DNA of 44,100 nt from Folioceros fuciformis (Eukaryota). Under the pieces are notes generated by a model. It ran no database searches, had not been told where the DNA came from, and worked only from the letters and a program-made list of their open reading frames with translations. Below, piece after piece: positions 9,773 through 21,900 of this stretch. The stretch lies in assembly GCA_049999805.1 (NCBI GenBank), contig JBNGIO010005430.1:1-44100 (forward strand), read 5' to 3'. The position numbers and the translations under genes were made by a program. The first letter of the stretch is position 1. The number at the start of each line of letters is the position of its first letter.

Positions 9773-11670
9773 CTAGCTGCTTGGGGCAGGGACAGGAAGC
9801 TGCCCGCAATCAAAGAGAGTAGGAGAGGTGATCGTTTCTGGGAACATCAAGGGGATGACCACCTTTTCCCTGACCAAGGGGATCGGTGGAAAGTCCGATT
9901 GCATGAACAGCCCCGCCATGTAGGATTTGAGGACGAGGGGAAACTTCCTCTGCCACCTCTGTCTCGCGAAGCTATCCAAGGACTCTGTTATGCGCGCAGG
10001 AGAGGAATCCTTGGAGGTGAAGGCCTGGTGAATCTGTCTGGCCAGGATGACGCTGTCCTCCAGAGCACAGCACCCTCCTTGCCCTAGGTTGGGTGTCATC
10101 GGGTAGGCCGCATCTCCGGCCACCGTGACACCGTTCCTCACCTGCGACCCGTACAGGAATGTCGTCCATCGGTGCCGCAGTGAACTGCGAGCCAGGTTCT
10201 CTGGTGCTGTGAGATGGACGGCCTCGGAGGTGTAGCTTGGGAAGGCCTGGAGCCGTGCCAGAACCTCCTGCCTGATGAGACTGGGGTCCGAGATCTTGAG
10301 CTCTGGAACAAATGAGGGTTGTGGGATTGTGCGACATGATCCAGTAATTCCAAATGGACGGGCTTGAGAAAGGCACGTGGTCTACCTTCACTGGGGAAAT
10401 CGAAGCAGACGAACCAGTACACTTGGTTTGCGTTGTTGGGTATGTACCCTACTCGAGTCCCTGGGGCCACGAGCATCTGCATCTTGTTATCCGCCTTGTG
10501 GCCGTCTGGATACGTGGCCAGGCCACGGATGGCACACTGACCCACAAAATCGGTTTTACCCAGCTTCATCCACTTGCCAACAACTGAATTTGCACCGTCA
10601 CATCCCAGTAGAACCTGCAGAGCGAGAAGGGTGAGCCCAGGCCCTCTTGGAGCATGCTTCTTCGACCAGCAAGGTTGGTGGACAGATGGAAACCTTGGTA
10701 CTCAGCCGAGAACCATCTTGGAGCTCCACTTGGGTGCAGCCTTCTGACTTCTGCTCGATTGACACCACTTTGGAGTTGGTACGAACGGTCCCAGCGGGTA
10801 ATCCTGCAGCAAGGGCACCGAGAAGCTCGCCTCGCCGCACATTGCGTACCTCATGCGGTCTGCACACCCACCCCACCCCACACGCACACCCACCCAAGAC
10901 GATGCCATTCAGACACCACTGAACACGTCGTGCATCCAGCTGAACTGCAGCGGATGACACAGCCAGAGCCTGCAAACCCGTTGCTCGCATCCGCCAACTT
11001 CAAGTCCTTCAACACCCTCCCTTCAGCGTTCAACAACTGCATACTGCGCAAACAACTGACACAGAGTTCACCAAAAAGCAAGGAGTCACGCATCAAGGAA
11101 CCCAGCTCATCCAATCTTCATGGCTGCCTGCACCAACCCTTCGAGCAGCGTGAACCGGTCACGGAGGCCATCTGCAACCCCCAGTACGTCAAGAGCACGC
11201 CACCCGTTGCTCCATATAGTGATGCTGGTCCCTTCTCTACTCAACGACGGCCTCTGCTCCAAGACCACACATCTTATCCCAACTCTGCATCAGCCACCGC
11301 ACACCGCTCATCTGCTCGTCCCCATCCACCGAAGCCCACAGGAGGCAATAATCAGAACTCCAGCTCGAGAAGCATGACACACTTACTTGTGAAGAGCGAG
11401 CGCTGTGGCCAGCCCACAAATTCCCGCTCCAACAACTACAACGTCTTCATGACCAGGCTGCTCCTGAAACCCATTGCTCACGCTGGCAGATTGAGCGCGG
11501 GCTCGAACCCGCAGGCTGCTCGGGGAAGTTGTCTTCCACCCAAAGCAGCTATGAAGTGGTTGCTTCAATGCTCGTGAAACCTCCGGTTTGCAGAATTCTG
11601 TGACACCCGGTCTGCATTCGGGCATCGCGACAACCACATGGTTCGCTGCCAAGCTGATGGATGTCTGCAT
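9773..11670 (-). CDS. FAD-dependent monooxygenase (plant MO1/CTF2-like aromatic hydroxylase), 6 exons, probable plastid transit peptide
   Basis: VVVVGAGICGLATALALHK (GxGxxG), VLLGCDGANSVV (DG motif) and VTVAGDAAYPMTPNLGQGGCCALED (GD motif) are joined by GT-AG introns. Confidence 0.93.
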
Positions 11671-11684
11671 CCCGCAGGCTGATT

Positions 11685-11980
11685 GCTACTTGGTGCTAGA
11701 AAGCTTGTTTGGTACTTGGTGCTGGGAAGCGTTTTGCTACATGATGCTGGGAGCTTTTGCTACTTCGAGCTGGGAAGCTTTTCTTACTTGGTGCTAGGAA
11801 GCTTCAGGATAGCTGCTAGTTGTGGCAGGTGAACGACGATTACTTTAAGTCCCGCGTTTTGCTACTTGATGCTGGGAGCTCTTTGCTACTTCGTGCTGGG
11901 AAGCTTTTTATTACTTGGTGCTAGGAAGCTTCAGGATAGCTGCTAGTTGTGGCGGGTGAACGACGATTACTTGAAGTCCC
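11685..11980. repeat. nested tandem repeat: ~22-bp subunits within 2 x ~125-bp units
   Basis: CTACTTGGTGCTRGGAAGCTT subunits. The block ...GCTTCAGGATAGCTGCTAGTTGTGGC.GGTGAACGACGATTACTT.AAGTCCC is duplicated at 11731-11853 and 11857-11980. Confidence 0.88.
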
Positions 11981-12046
11981 GGAGTTGTACTTCGTATTAT
12001 TTTCTATTATTAAGAGAGGGACAGTCCCATACACTTCGAAGGTAAC

Positions 12047-12141
12047 GATAGTTGTGCATTGGAGATCAAGGGGATAGTGGTGCATTGGAGATCAAGGAGA
12101 TAGTTGTGCCTTGGAGATCAAGGAGATAGTTGTGCATTGGA
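12047..12141. repeat. tandem repeat, ~3.7 x 26 bp
   Basis: GATAGTTGTGCATTGGAGATCAAGGR units. Confidence 0.9.
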
Positions 12142-13979
12142 AGCTTGATTTCGAGGACCACTTAAACCCGAAGCCACTCCGGTGAGACAGACCGGTTCAT
12201 TTAGCTTGGAAACCCGATACGGCAGCACAAGGCGATGTGACGCGAATTATGATTAGGGATGTGTGATCGAGATGGCATTACGCTGCGAGATTTGCTGGCA
12301 TCACGCTGGCCTACTCGTACTACAAGCTAATCCACTGCAATTACTCGCTACTACAATCGTAGTGCACGCCACTCCACTCGTACTGGAGCTACTCCACCCA
12401 GGGCTCAGCACGAAAAAGGATACGGAGTGGGCCGGAAGAAGATTAAAACTTCGAGTTGCAGGTCCAATTGTACCCGGGACGCATGTCAGTGATTCGAGGA
12501 TCATCGTCTCTGCCTGCCAGGAAGGCAGGCAGCAACAATCATAAGAACATGGAGAGCAGAAAATCATATGCAACAGACACATCCACAAGAGCACACGAGA
12601 GGGAAGAAGGAGGACCTATCACAAACAAGGGTTTGGGGGGACACCAGAGGACGTGAGCAGAGACTCATGAGGAAGACAAACAGACACAGGAAGCAGTGAC
12701 ACCGCAAGGGCGTTAGGAGATCCAACAAATAAAAAGGAAAAAGAAACCAGACAGAAACAAAGGAAGCGGGGCACCCAACGGCGTTAGAAGAAGCAACAAA
12801 AAGAACGAACACCAGATCTGATACAAGGAAAGCACACAGACCACAAAGGCGTTAGTAGAGGCAACAACGAGGACAAGGCGACAGAATTGATGATGTGAAA
12901 GAACGCTAAACGAAGGAGAAGGCAACAACGGATAGGGACGTGGCAGGATACAGTAACCGCAACGGCAGCAGCTGCAGCCTGCTGAAGAGAGACTTGCTGA
13001 ACGTGCAATCGGAAGTGGCTGGAGGAGCTGAGGGAGGCACAGCGGCCCATGCGGCATTCCCGACTCTTGCACCCGGAGTGGCAAAACGAGCGTTGCCCTT
13101 ACGGGTGCAGGTGCCGAAAATGTGGCTATGGCGGCTGAAAGAACAGCGATTGCGCGGAAGCTCAGCGAGAAGAACACCGCATATGCCAAAGCTCACGAGA
13201 GCTGCAACGGGAACAAAAAAAGGAAGGAGCGCGGAAAGCAGTAGCCGAGGGCAGAAGAGTTGGAGCAGCAGAAGAGCAGGAGCAGAAGAAACACAAAACT
13301 GAGAAGATTGAAGAACTGTGACCAGGAGCGAGCTTATATAGTGCCACAAGTAGGTCGAGCGGGAAGGGAGCTTGGGAATGTGGCGCGTGACGATGTGCTC
13401 ATCCGTCCTGCTGTAGCAGCGTGAAGTAATGTCTCAAGCGTGTCGAGAGCTGAAGCGTCTCAATCCGTTCTGCCTCTGACCGTTGGACGCATTCACAGCG
13501 CTCAGGAAATTCATACGGCGCCTCAGCGGCCCGGTCAGCCGGACTTCCCGCACAACCACTCCTATAATTCGTGTGAGCGTCCCTGCAGCGTCCTCCTCCT
13601 GTCTGTACTGGAACTTCCCGGGCCAGTACCCTGAATGTAATGCGCGTCCTACCTACTCTTGACGGATTCATACCGTGACGGTTTTGAAACAACGAAACGC
13701 AACGATTTCGGATCGATCTACTCAATTCATCAAGGTTACGGCACACCAGGCTACGTCTAAGAGAGGTCAGGCCAGGCTTCACCGTCGTGTGAACGATTTC
13801 GTACCCGGACGGCTTTCACACGAACAGCGAAGGTTCGAATTCTCAGTAGACGCGGAGTATGGAAAAGGAGATCCGTGTTTCGCTGTGACAATCGTAAGAG
13901 AAAACAGCAAAACTTCCTCTTCAGGAGACTCCTCTTCGAACAACAGGAGAAAGCATCTTGGCAAGTAAAACTTCCTCTG

Positions 13980-15230
13980 TCATTGACAAGCCACTACTAG
14001 TCTCCACGTGATGAAGGCCATGGCGATGGAAGCACAAACTTCGAAGCCAACTATGTGTGGCATATCCCATCCAAGGCCCAAGCGGAGGTAGCTGGTGCAT
14101 TCCACAAGGGCAGTGAGAAAGCAGAATGAAAGAGGTGAGCAGATTCCAGGGGAAACTAGGATGCAAGCTAATCCGACCTGGTGGTGGTGGGCATGGTTGC
14201 AAGCATAGCAGCACATGCGTATATGATGGGCACGAGCGTCGGGGGCTTCCTCTTCCGTAATGACACAAGATACTCCAGGGCTGCAAGGGAGACGGTGAAG
14301 ATCTGCAGACAAGCAAGTAAGAAGAGCGAAGTGATGTTGTGGGAAGAACTGGGGTGAGGAAAGGTAAGGTTTCAGAGAAGTGGAAGATGGAGTGTACCAG
14401 TGCAGCGTTGGACTCAATGCCCTGCAGTATGTATTCCCATGTGAACTCAGTGCCCCTTGCTCCAACCCAGAGGGGCAAGAGGCGGTGCAGAAGTGAATCT
14501 GCAAAAGCCCATCCTGTGCCATCACAGACGACGACATGTTGGACATGAGAGACTGCTGGCTGGGGCAGAGGTGAGATATTAGAGACACGGGAGGCTTACC
14601 AAGGCCAACAGCTTGGAACTTGTCACTCTTGTTGATGCCCCGGCAAGTCAGGCGGGTGAGTGCGAAGTAGAGGCCCGCTGCATCCAAAAGCCCGATCAGA
14701 GCTTTCAGAAACTCCTGCGAGAGAAACGACACAGACCTGCTGGATCAGACAAGGGAGAGGCATGGCAACCAGACTAGGAGGGAGATGCAACGGGCTCGCT
14801 CACCTGGTAAGGTTGGAAGTTGTCATTATCTGGAATCTGCAAGAAGGTTGCTATGCAACCAAGCTGCCAGACAGCAGCAGAACACGTTACAGGCTTGACA
14901 AGATCTCCACAAGGCTGCACTGCGTATCATCGGACATGAGTGATGGATTCACCTTGACGAGAGTCGTGGCTAAGCACACGAACGCTGTCTTTGCGCATAT
15001 GCCTACCGTATCCAACTCCGACCTGTCGCCCATACGCAAACAATTAGCTGCATTGCAGAAGGCAATCACCCACTGTGCCTGTAAAGCATAGCCGCCATGG
15101 TGGATCACGTGACAGGCAAAATCGTCACAGACGGCGCTCAGAGAAATTCTCACAGTGGAGTGGCCTTGTAGTAGACGGCGTGTGGGCCAAAGGTAAGGGC
15201 AGCGCAGTTGAGGAAGTGGAACAGAGTCAT
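13980..15230 (-). CDS. TMEM147: TMEM147 (BOS complex / multipass translocon subunit), 7 exons
   Basis: Spliced translation: MTLFHFLNCAALTFGPHAVYYKATPL / SELDTVGICAKTAFVCLATTLVK / LGCIATFLQIPDNDNFQPYQ / EFLKALIGLLDAAGLYFALT..KFQAVGLG / WAFADSLLHRLLPLWVGARGTEFTWEYILQG... / ...WRLVVACQ*. This matches the plant TMEM147 sequence as recalled. Confidence 0.92.
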
Positions 15231-15556
15231 CGTTGCAGCAGCGCCGACCGGACCAGCCCAGGAGCGGAAACCTGGCCTGGAGTTTGAACAGGGCGGAAGG
15301 AAGCCTCATGTGCTGTTTTGGGCTCCACTGCGTCGGGCTCCGATTTTGGCATCTTCCTCCTCTACACCATCCGGCCCCGGCTCGGATCCGGTGGGCTCAG
15401 CTATGTGTGGGTTCGGCGGGTCGTCCGTGGCCTGCCCGTTTTAAGGGTGCCCTCTCTGTGCCTGCCAGGACCCGGTCGGAGGCGGGTGGCAAGTCTGGAG
15501 ACATGGTATCTGGGTTGCCCGACCTCTCTGCTGCTCCCTCGTTGCAGCCGGAGAAC

Positions 15557-18213
15557 ATGGTTGTGGACAGAACCCGTTTCGCTGAAGTTGCTTCTCGCTT
15601 TCCTCTTCCTCGAGGTCAGTTTTTCGAGCTTTGGTGGAGCTTGGATCTGAATACGGTTGTGGAAGGGGGCATGAGCTCGTGGTGATGTGATTTGATGCTG
15701 CAGGCTTGAAGTTCTCGTATGGAACGGCTGGGTTTCGGGCAGATGGGTCGCACCTCATGTCCACGGTGTTTAGGTGTGGAGTTCTGGCTGCTTTGCGGTC
15801 TCTTTGTACCAGGCAGGTGACGGGGTTGGTGGTGACGGCTTCACACAATCCGTTGCCGGATAATGGGATCAAGCTGGCGGATCCGGAAGGAGGCATGCTT
15901 GTGATGGAGTGGGAAGGGTATGCAGATGCATTGGCCAATGCAGGGGACGGGGAATGTATGCTACAGGTGAGGCATGATGGAAAATCAGTAGAGGAGGAGG
16001 AGGAGGAGGTGCAGGATCGGTTTTGTTGGACTTAGCTTGGGGTTGGGTTGATTCCAGGTTGTGGATCAGATTGCGAGGAGTGAAGGAATTCGGGGAGGAA
16101 TGAATGCTGGTGGGAGAGTTCTTGTTGCCAGAGATACCAGACCCAGTGGGCAGGCACTGGTTGCTGCAGCAATTCAAGTATGATACAAGCTTTCAGATGC
16201 AGATGCAACAGGCACGTTATGTTTAGGACATCTGGTTTGTGTGCGTGCATGTCTGGAGGAGGCAGAGGGAGTGCTTATTTTCTGATTTGGTTAGTGTTTC
16301 TTGCTTTGGGGTGTAGGGTGTGGAAGCAGTTGCAGGTTGTGTGGCTGAGGATATGGGGGTTCTTGCGACCCCACAGCTTCATTGGATGGTTCGCACTAGG
16401 AATCAGGGTCTGGACAGCTCAGAGACAGCTTACTTCACTCAACTTATGGATGGCTTCAGGTGATTGATCATTGCCTCTTCTTGTGGCATGGGGTGACCGC
16501 GTTGCCCGAGAGAATGGAAGGCAAATGACATTCAATTGCGAATTATTTACTCCAAGGCCTACAGTTTGCTGCCTTTATTTGCAGAGATCTGGTGGAACTG
16601 GGGAATTCCGGGGTCGCGGATGTTGTGCATGTGGGCCCTGTCGTGGATGGAGCGAATGGTGTTGGGGCTCTTAAGCTGGCGGATTTGCAAAGATATCTGA
16701 CGAAGATAAGTTTGGAGGTTCGAAATTCAGGGATGAAAGGGGACGGTGCCTTGAACGAGGGTGTTGGAGCTGACTTCGTGCAGAAGGAGAAGGCAGCTCC
16801 TCGAGGGTTTGGGAGTCCAGGGGACATCGGAATCAGGTTTGTGTTGCGGGGATGATGGGCATTCATTTCAATGTTGTTTGAATGCTTCTTTTTACCAAGG
16901 AATGTGATACACGATCCAGCTAGTGTTGTTCATGGTGGATCAGTCAGCTTTTTTTACAGCAAGTCCATGATTATGATTTGGGGGTTTGATCTTGTCACAG
17001 AGGGTGTTGGCGTGATGAGTTTTTGCTTTGGTTCTTCACAGGTGTGCATCACTAGATGGAGATGCGGATCGACTGGTTTACTTCTACTTGACGAGCTCTC
17101 CAGAAGGAGCCCCAAGTATGCACATTCTGGATGGAGATAAGATCTTAACTTTGTTTGCTTCTTTCATCAAGGACGAGCTCCAAAAGCTCTGCAGCGAGAA
17201 ATCTTCCGGGAGTGGAGTGTTTCTTCTCCCCGGCTATGGCTACGCAAAACTGGGTGTAGTGCAAACTGCTTACGCCAATGGAGCTTCCACGCGATATCTG
17301 AAGCAGAATGTTGGTGTAGAAGTCGCTCTCACCAAAACTGGAGTTAAGCATCTGCACGAGAAAGTAGCTGAGTATGATGTCGGCATATACTTCGAGGCAA
17401 ATGGACATGGCACAATTTTATTCAAAGACGGGTTGTTGGAGTGGCTGAGGACATCCGGAGCAGTCACCCAAGGTGCACTTCCCTTGCCCAAAGAATTGAC
17501 TGGTAGATCGGATGTGCGACTGGAATACCTCATTTCGGAGGTTGTGAGAGCTGAATTGATGCTATATGCTTCCATCACTTCTTACATGCGCAGAGACAGA
17601 AAAACATCAAGCCATTCAAAGACTAATGGCAGTAAGTCAGGTGGTAAATCAGGCAGTGGGTGACGCTATAAGTGGATTGCTGATGGTCGAGGCTGTCCTT
17701 CTACACAGAAACTGGTCTGTACAGGACTGGGATAAGGCGTATATCGATCTGCCAAGCAGGCAGACAAAGGTAAGTCACTGTCCAAGGTGGACATTATGAT
17801 GCAACCTTAAACCGTACTTACCTTCTTTGTTGTGCAGGTGAAGGTTGCAAACCGTGCGTCAATCAAAACTACAGATGCCGAGACACGAGTGGCCTTCCCT
17901 TCTGAACTGCAAGATGCCATTGACATGGAAGTTGGTGAGCACCCTCACACTCTACAATGTGATTCCACATTCTGTATGTCTTATCGTCATCCACCTGAGT
18001 TGTTACTGCTGCTATCCAGCAAGGTATCGTCAGGGGCGTGCCTTCGTTCGACCATCTGGAACAGAGGACATAGTCCGCGTGTACGCAGAAGCAAGTGAGC
18101 AGCAAGATGCTGATTTGCTAGCCGATCGTGTTGCTGCTTTCGTCCATAAGCTCGCTGGTGGAGTCATGCCGAACATTCGTGATGGATTTCCTGTAGGTTG
18201 TGCGGGCTTGTGA
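15557..18213 (+). CDS. DRT101: phosphoacetylglucosamine mutase (PGM3/AGM1/DRT101 family)
   Basis: FSYGTAGFR, catalytic TASHNP, RDTRPSG, TPQLHW, metal-binding DGDADR, YFEANGHG and RPSGTED are spread across GT-AG exons. An alternative in-frame ATG is at 15503. Confidence 0.95.
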
Positions 18214-18920
18214 TTCCTCTTGAAAATCACTGCAGCTTTGGCATCCGGTCTGTAGATCTGTCTTTCCCTCTTCTGCCTTTCGTCATATCTCCCGTCACCT
18301 CAACAATTGCCTGGGAGGAGTGGTCCGCAGAAAAGGCAGGCCCCTGGCAACTGGTACCAACGAACATGAAACATGCTCGTGACTTCACCAGCTTTATGTG
18401 AGCGCATGTACCTTCCTCCACTAGAACTTTGGACTGTGACAGCAAAACGCTGCTTTCATACCGCGCGCTCGAGCAAGTGGCCTGCATCTTTCTCTCGTTG
18501 TCGTCCTCTGCGCCTGCTGTGGCGGCAACGCAGCAGCGAGCCTGGAGACGGTGGTGCGCGCACCGCCTGCAACCTTGGTAGCCTCGGGAAGGCGGAGCGT
18601 CAGGCGACCCGGTCGTACGGTTTCTTGAATTGCTCAGGTGAATCGCAAGGGAGCACGGTACTCGAACAGATTTGTGAGAGTGCATGCCTTTCGCAATCCC
18701 CGGCCGATTACGTAGCAGAATTGAGACTTTTAGGCGGAGGGAGTGCATAATTGTAGGAACCGATAGTGCTCCGGAAAGAGCATTGTCCGCCGGAGAGACC
18801 TGCGCTTGTTGCAGCAAAAGCCGGGGCCGATTGATTGATCAGCGTGGAGCGGTGGTGAGAATCAGAGGTGTAGTTGAGGATTTGAATGTCCTGAGGCCTG
18901 GGGGATTTGCTTCCGGCACA

Positions 18921-21900
18921 ATGCGCTACCGTGTTGCACAGTTGAGCAGGTTGTTGAGGAATTTGGAAAATGCTCGCAGCCGCATTGCTGAGCATCTTCC
19001 TATTCTGAGTTTGATGAAGAAGGAGACAGCGACGGCAGTGCCGCGGGATGAAGAGTATTCGGTGAGATACAGCTTTTTTGGATGCTTGCTTTCTGATAGA
19101 ACTGAAGGAGAAGCATTCGTAAGCAGAGATATCGTTGATGGATTTTGGAAAGGCTGTTGCGGTGCATGGCGCACAATGGTAGTGGCTGTTGTTTGGTGAA
19201 AGGATACTTTGCAGTGTCCGGGAGTTTGTAGCTCGATATTCCAGTACAAATGGAATGCTGATCTGTTGCTTTGTGCTTTTAGGTGCATTGTGGCGAGGCT
19301 CGAATCAGCCGCTTTGAATCGGATACAGGGACATGCTCCTCATCCTCAGTCATACCTACCACTGGTGGCAGGCGCTTTCTGCGATTGGTTGGTTCGGTGC
19401 ACCTTCGCCAGCTGCGTGGAAGTACCTTTGCCGGACCAGCATTGTCGTCCACTGGCTATGGCTCCTATTCCACAGCTTCCGATGTTGCGAGGTTGGATAG
19501 TGGGGAGAAACTTGAGACCTCGGATTCGGCTGTTGACATCCAGGCTAAATCGATGAGTCCAGACTTCTCTGTGACGACGGATGATATTTGCTACAACTGC
19601 TCACTGTCCAGATTCCAACAGGGGAAAAGTGGCAAGTGTCCTGCTCACATTCTGAGGGATATGTCGTCTTCAATGTCTGATGGACTGAATGGAAATGCCT
19701 CAAATGGTGAAATTGATGACCCTACAAGGAAGCTGAAGAGGGAGTTTGAAGCTGCTAGGAGATGCTTCGAGCACATTCCTTCAGCATTGCATGGTTTGCC
19801 GAAAATGGATCCCAACGGTGAGGTCGTTTCTAACCTTGCAGTAGGATCAATCGAGGGCACATCTTCTTGAGGGCTAAATTTTTGTGGCCATGATTGTTTG
19901 TTTTGGTTGCAGGAGTATATGCCAATCACAATCTCAGACTCGATCGCATTGGTGTCTACGGCTTTGATTACGATTACACGTTGGCCCACTACACCCAGAA
20001 CTTGCAACCGCTCATCTACGATTTGGCCAAGGAACACCTTGTCAAGGAGGTGTGCCCAATTTTTGGTCTCTTTGGTTGAAGGCGACATTCATTTAAGCAC
20101 TTGATGCTTAGGGCTATTTTCAAAGTCATCCTTTTTCATACTGGAAGTCGGTTGTTCTGTGTGTGGTGGTGAATTCACAGTACAAATACCCAGCAAGCTG
20201 CTTGAAATTTGAGTATGACGCAGGGTTCCCAATTAGAGGCCTGTTCTATGATAAGAAGAAGGGCTATCTACTGAAGCTTGACTTTTTCCATTATGTTGAG
20301 CCAGCTGGATGCTTCTTTGGCCGTCGCCGGGTAAGAGCCTTTCGCATCCTGCATTTGCCATGTCGGATTTGGTCATATTTTCCATTCGACCTGGAGGAAA
20401 CCAATAATGCTGCCATGCCTGTTATAGATGACTCGAGCAGAAATAGAGGATGCGTACGGGGGGAAGTACATAAACAATGAACACATGCCCAACCTCGTTG
20501 CATTGATGGACCTGTTTTGTCTAAGCGAGGTGGGGTTCGAGCTACATTGCTTGTTTAGGAGGTCTTTTTTTATGCTTCGCTCATTCAAGGGAGATGTGTA
20601 CAGGTTAGGTGGTGCTGCTCAAACTCACTGGGTTGTTGGTACTGTAGGCGTGCCTCATATCAGATGTTATCCAGCATTTCGTGGATCAAGGAATGGAATT
20701 CGACTCAGCTTACGTGTACGAAGATGTGAAACGGTGCATTAGCCATGTCCACCAAAGTGGTCTGATGCACCAGGAGGTTCTACGTGATCCGGCGAAGTAT
20801 CTTGTGAAAAACGTGCGTGCACAATTCTGATCCCCGTGTTTGGAGGTCTGCCTTGTGTATGAAAAGCGCTGAAGTGCAACCTTGGAACTAAGTTGACGGT
20901 GTCCAAGGTTTACAGGGAGCGGTTGTGGAGATGCTTAAAGGCTTGAAGGAGAGGGGCAAGAAGCTTTTCATGTTGACTAACTCTCCCTTTCCATTTGTAG
21001 ATGGAGGCATGAGGTTTCTGTTCCAGGTGAATCCTGTCACGTTGTGACCTTCTAGCTTCGATGCATGACAAGTCCACCTTCAGATTGTGCCAGATTCTAT
21101 CATGCATGGCGTAACCAATGTTGTGGCTTTGTTGGTAGGAGGATGGGCGTGATGGGGAGACATGGAGAGCACTGTTTGATGTTGTCATCGCCTTGGCTGA
21201 CAAGCCAAATTTTTACACGTCTGAACGTCCTTTCAGGTAGTTTACTCTTGATGGGAGTAATTGAGATTGCGGGGAAGTGTTTAGCCCAGAATTGTGCATT
21301 TCCGTTACGCAGGTACTATAACTCAAGAAAGGACATTCTGACATTCAAAAGAGTAGACCAGTTTCAACCGCACAGTGTCTACTATCATGGCTGCCTGCGG
21401 AACTTTCTTGAAATCACGAAGTGGAGAGGGCCTGAGGTACTCTACTGCTCCAAGGTTGTACAGTTATCGCCTCCTTATACGTGCGCCTATAGACCCAAAC
21501 GTAGTTCCGTTCTGTGGACCAACGAGGAGAATGTTTTCTTGTCAACGTTTCAGGTTCTTTATTTTGGAGATCATCTGTACAGCGATCTAAGGGGACCTTT
21601 GAAAGCTGGGTGGCGAACGGCAGCCATAATCCGAGAACTGGAGGTGCTGTACCTACTCCTGCTCATTGATTCATGTGTGATGGATATTTATGTTTTTGTT
21701 GTTTCTTAGTGTCTTACACGTCATAGCGATCGCAAGTTTTGTTACTGTTCGCGGAACATCTCGTTGGGTGTTTGACGTATGTGTTCCGTAATCCTTGCCG
21801 ACCGGCAGAGGGAGATTGAGACCCAAAACAAGAATGAATATCGATTCCAGCAGGTACTGTGCAGCCCGTCCGCCTCTTATCAGATGCATGGTGGAAGTTA

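Noticed and set aside
10654-11577. 307-aa + strand ORF
   Set aside because: It is antisense to the monooxygenase exons and introns in GC-rich DNA and has no recognisable motifs.
14240-14250. Suspected frameshift in TMEM147 at a G-run
   Set aside because: Recounting five G gives in-frame RKPPTLVPIIY, so the gene looks intact.
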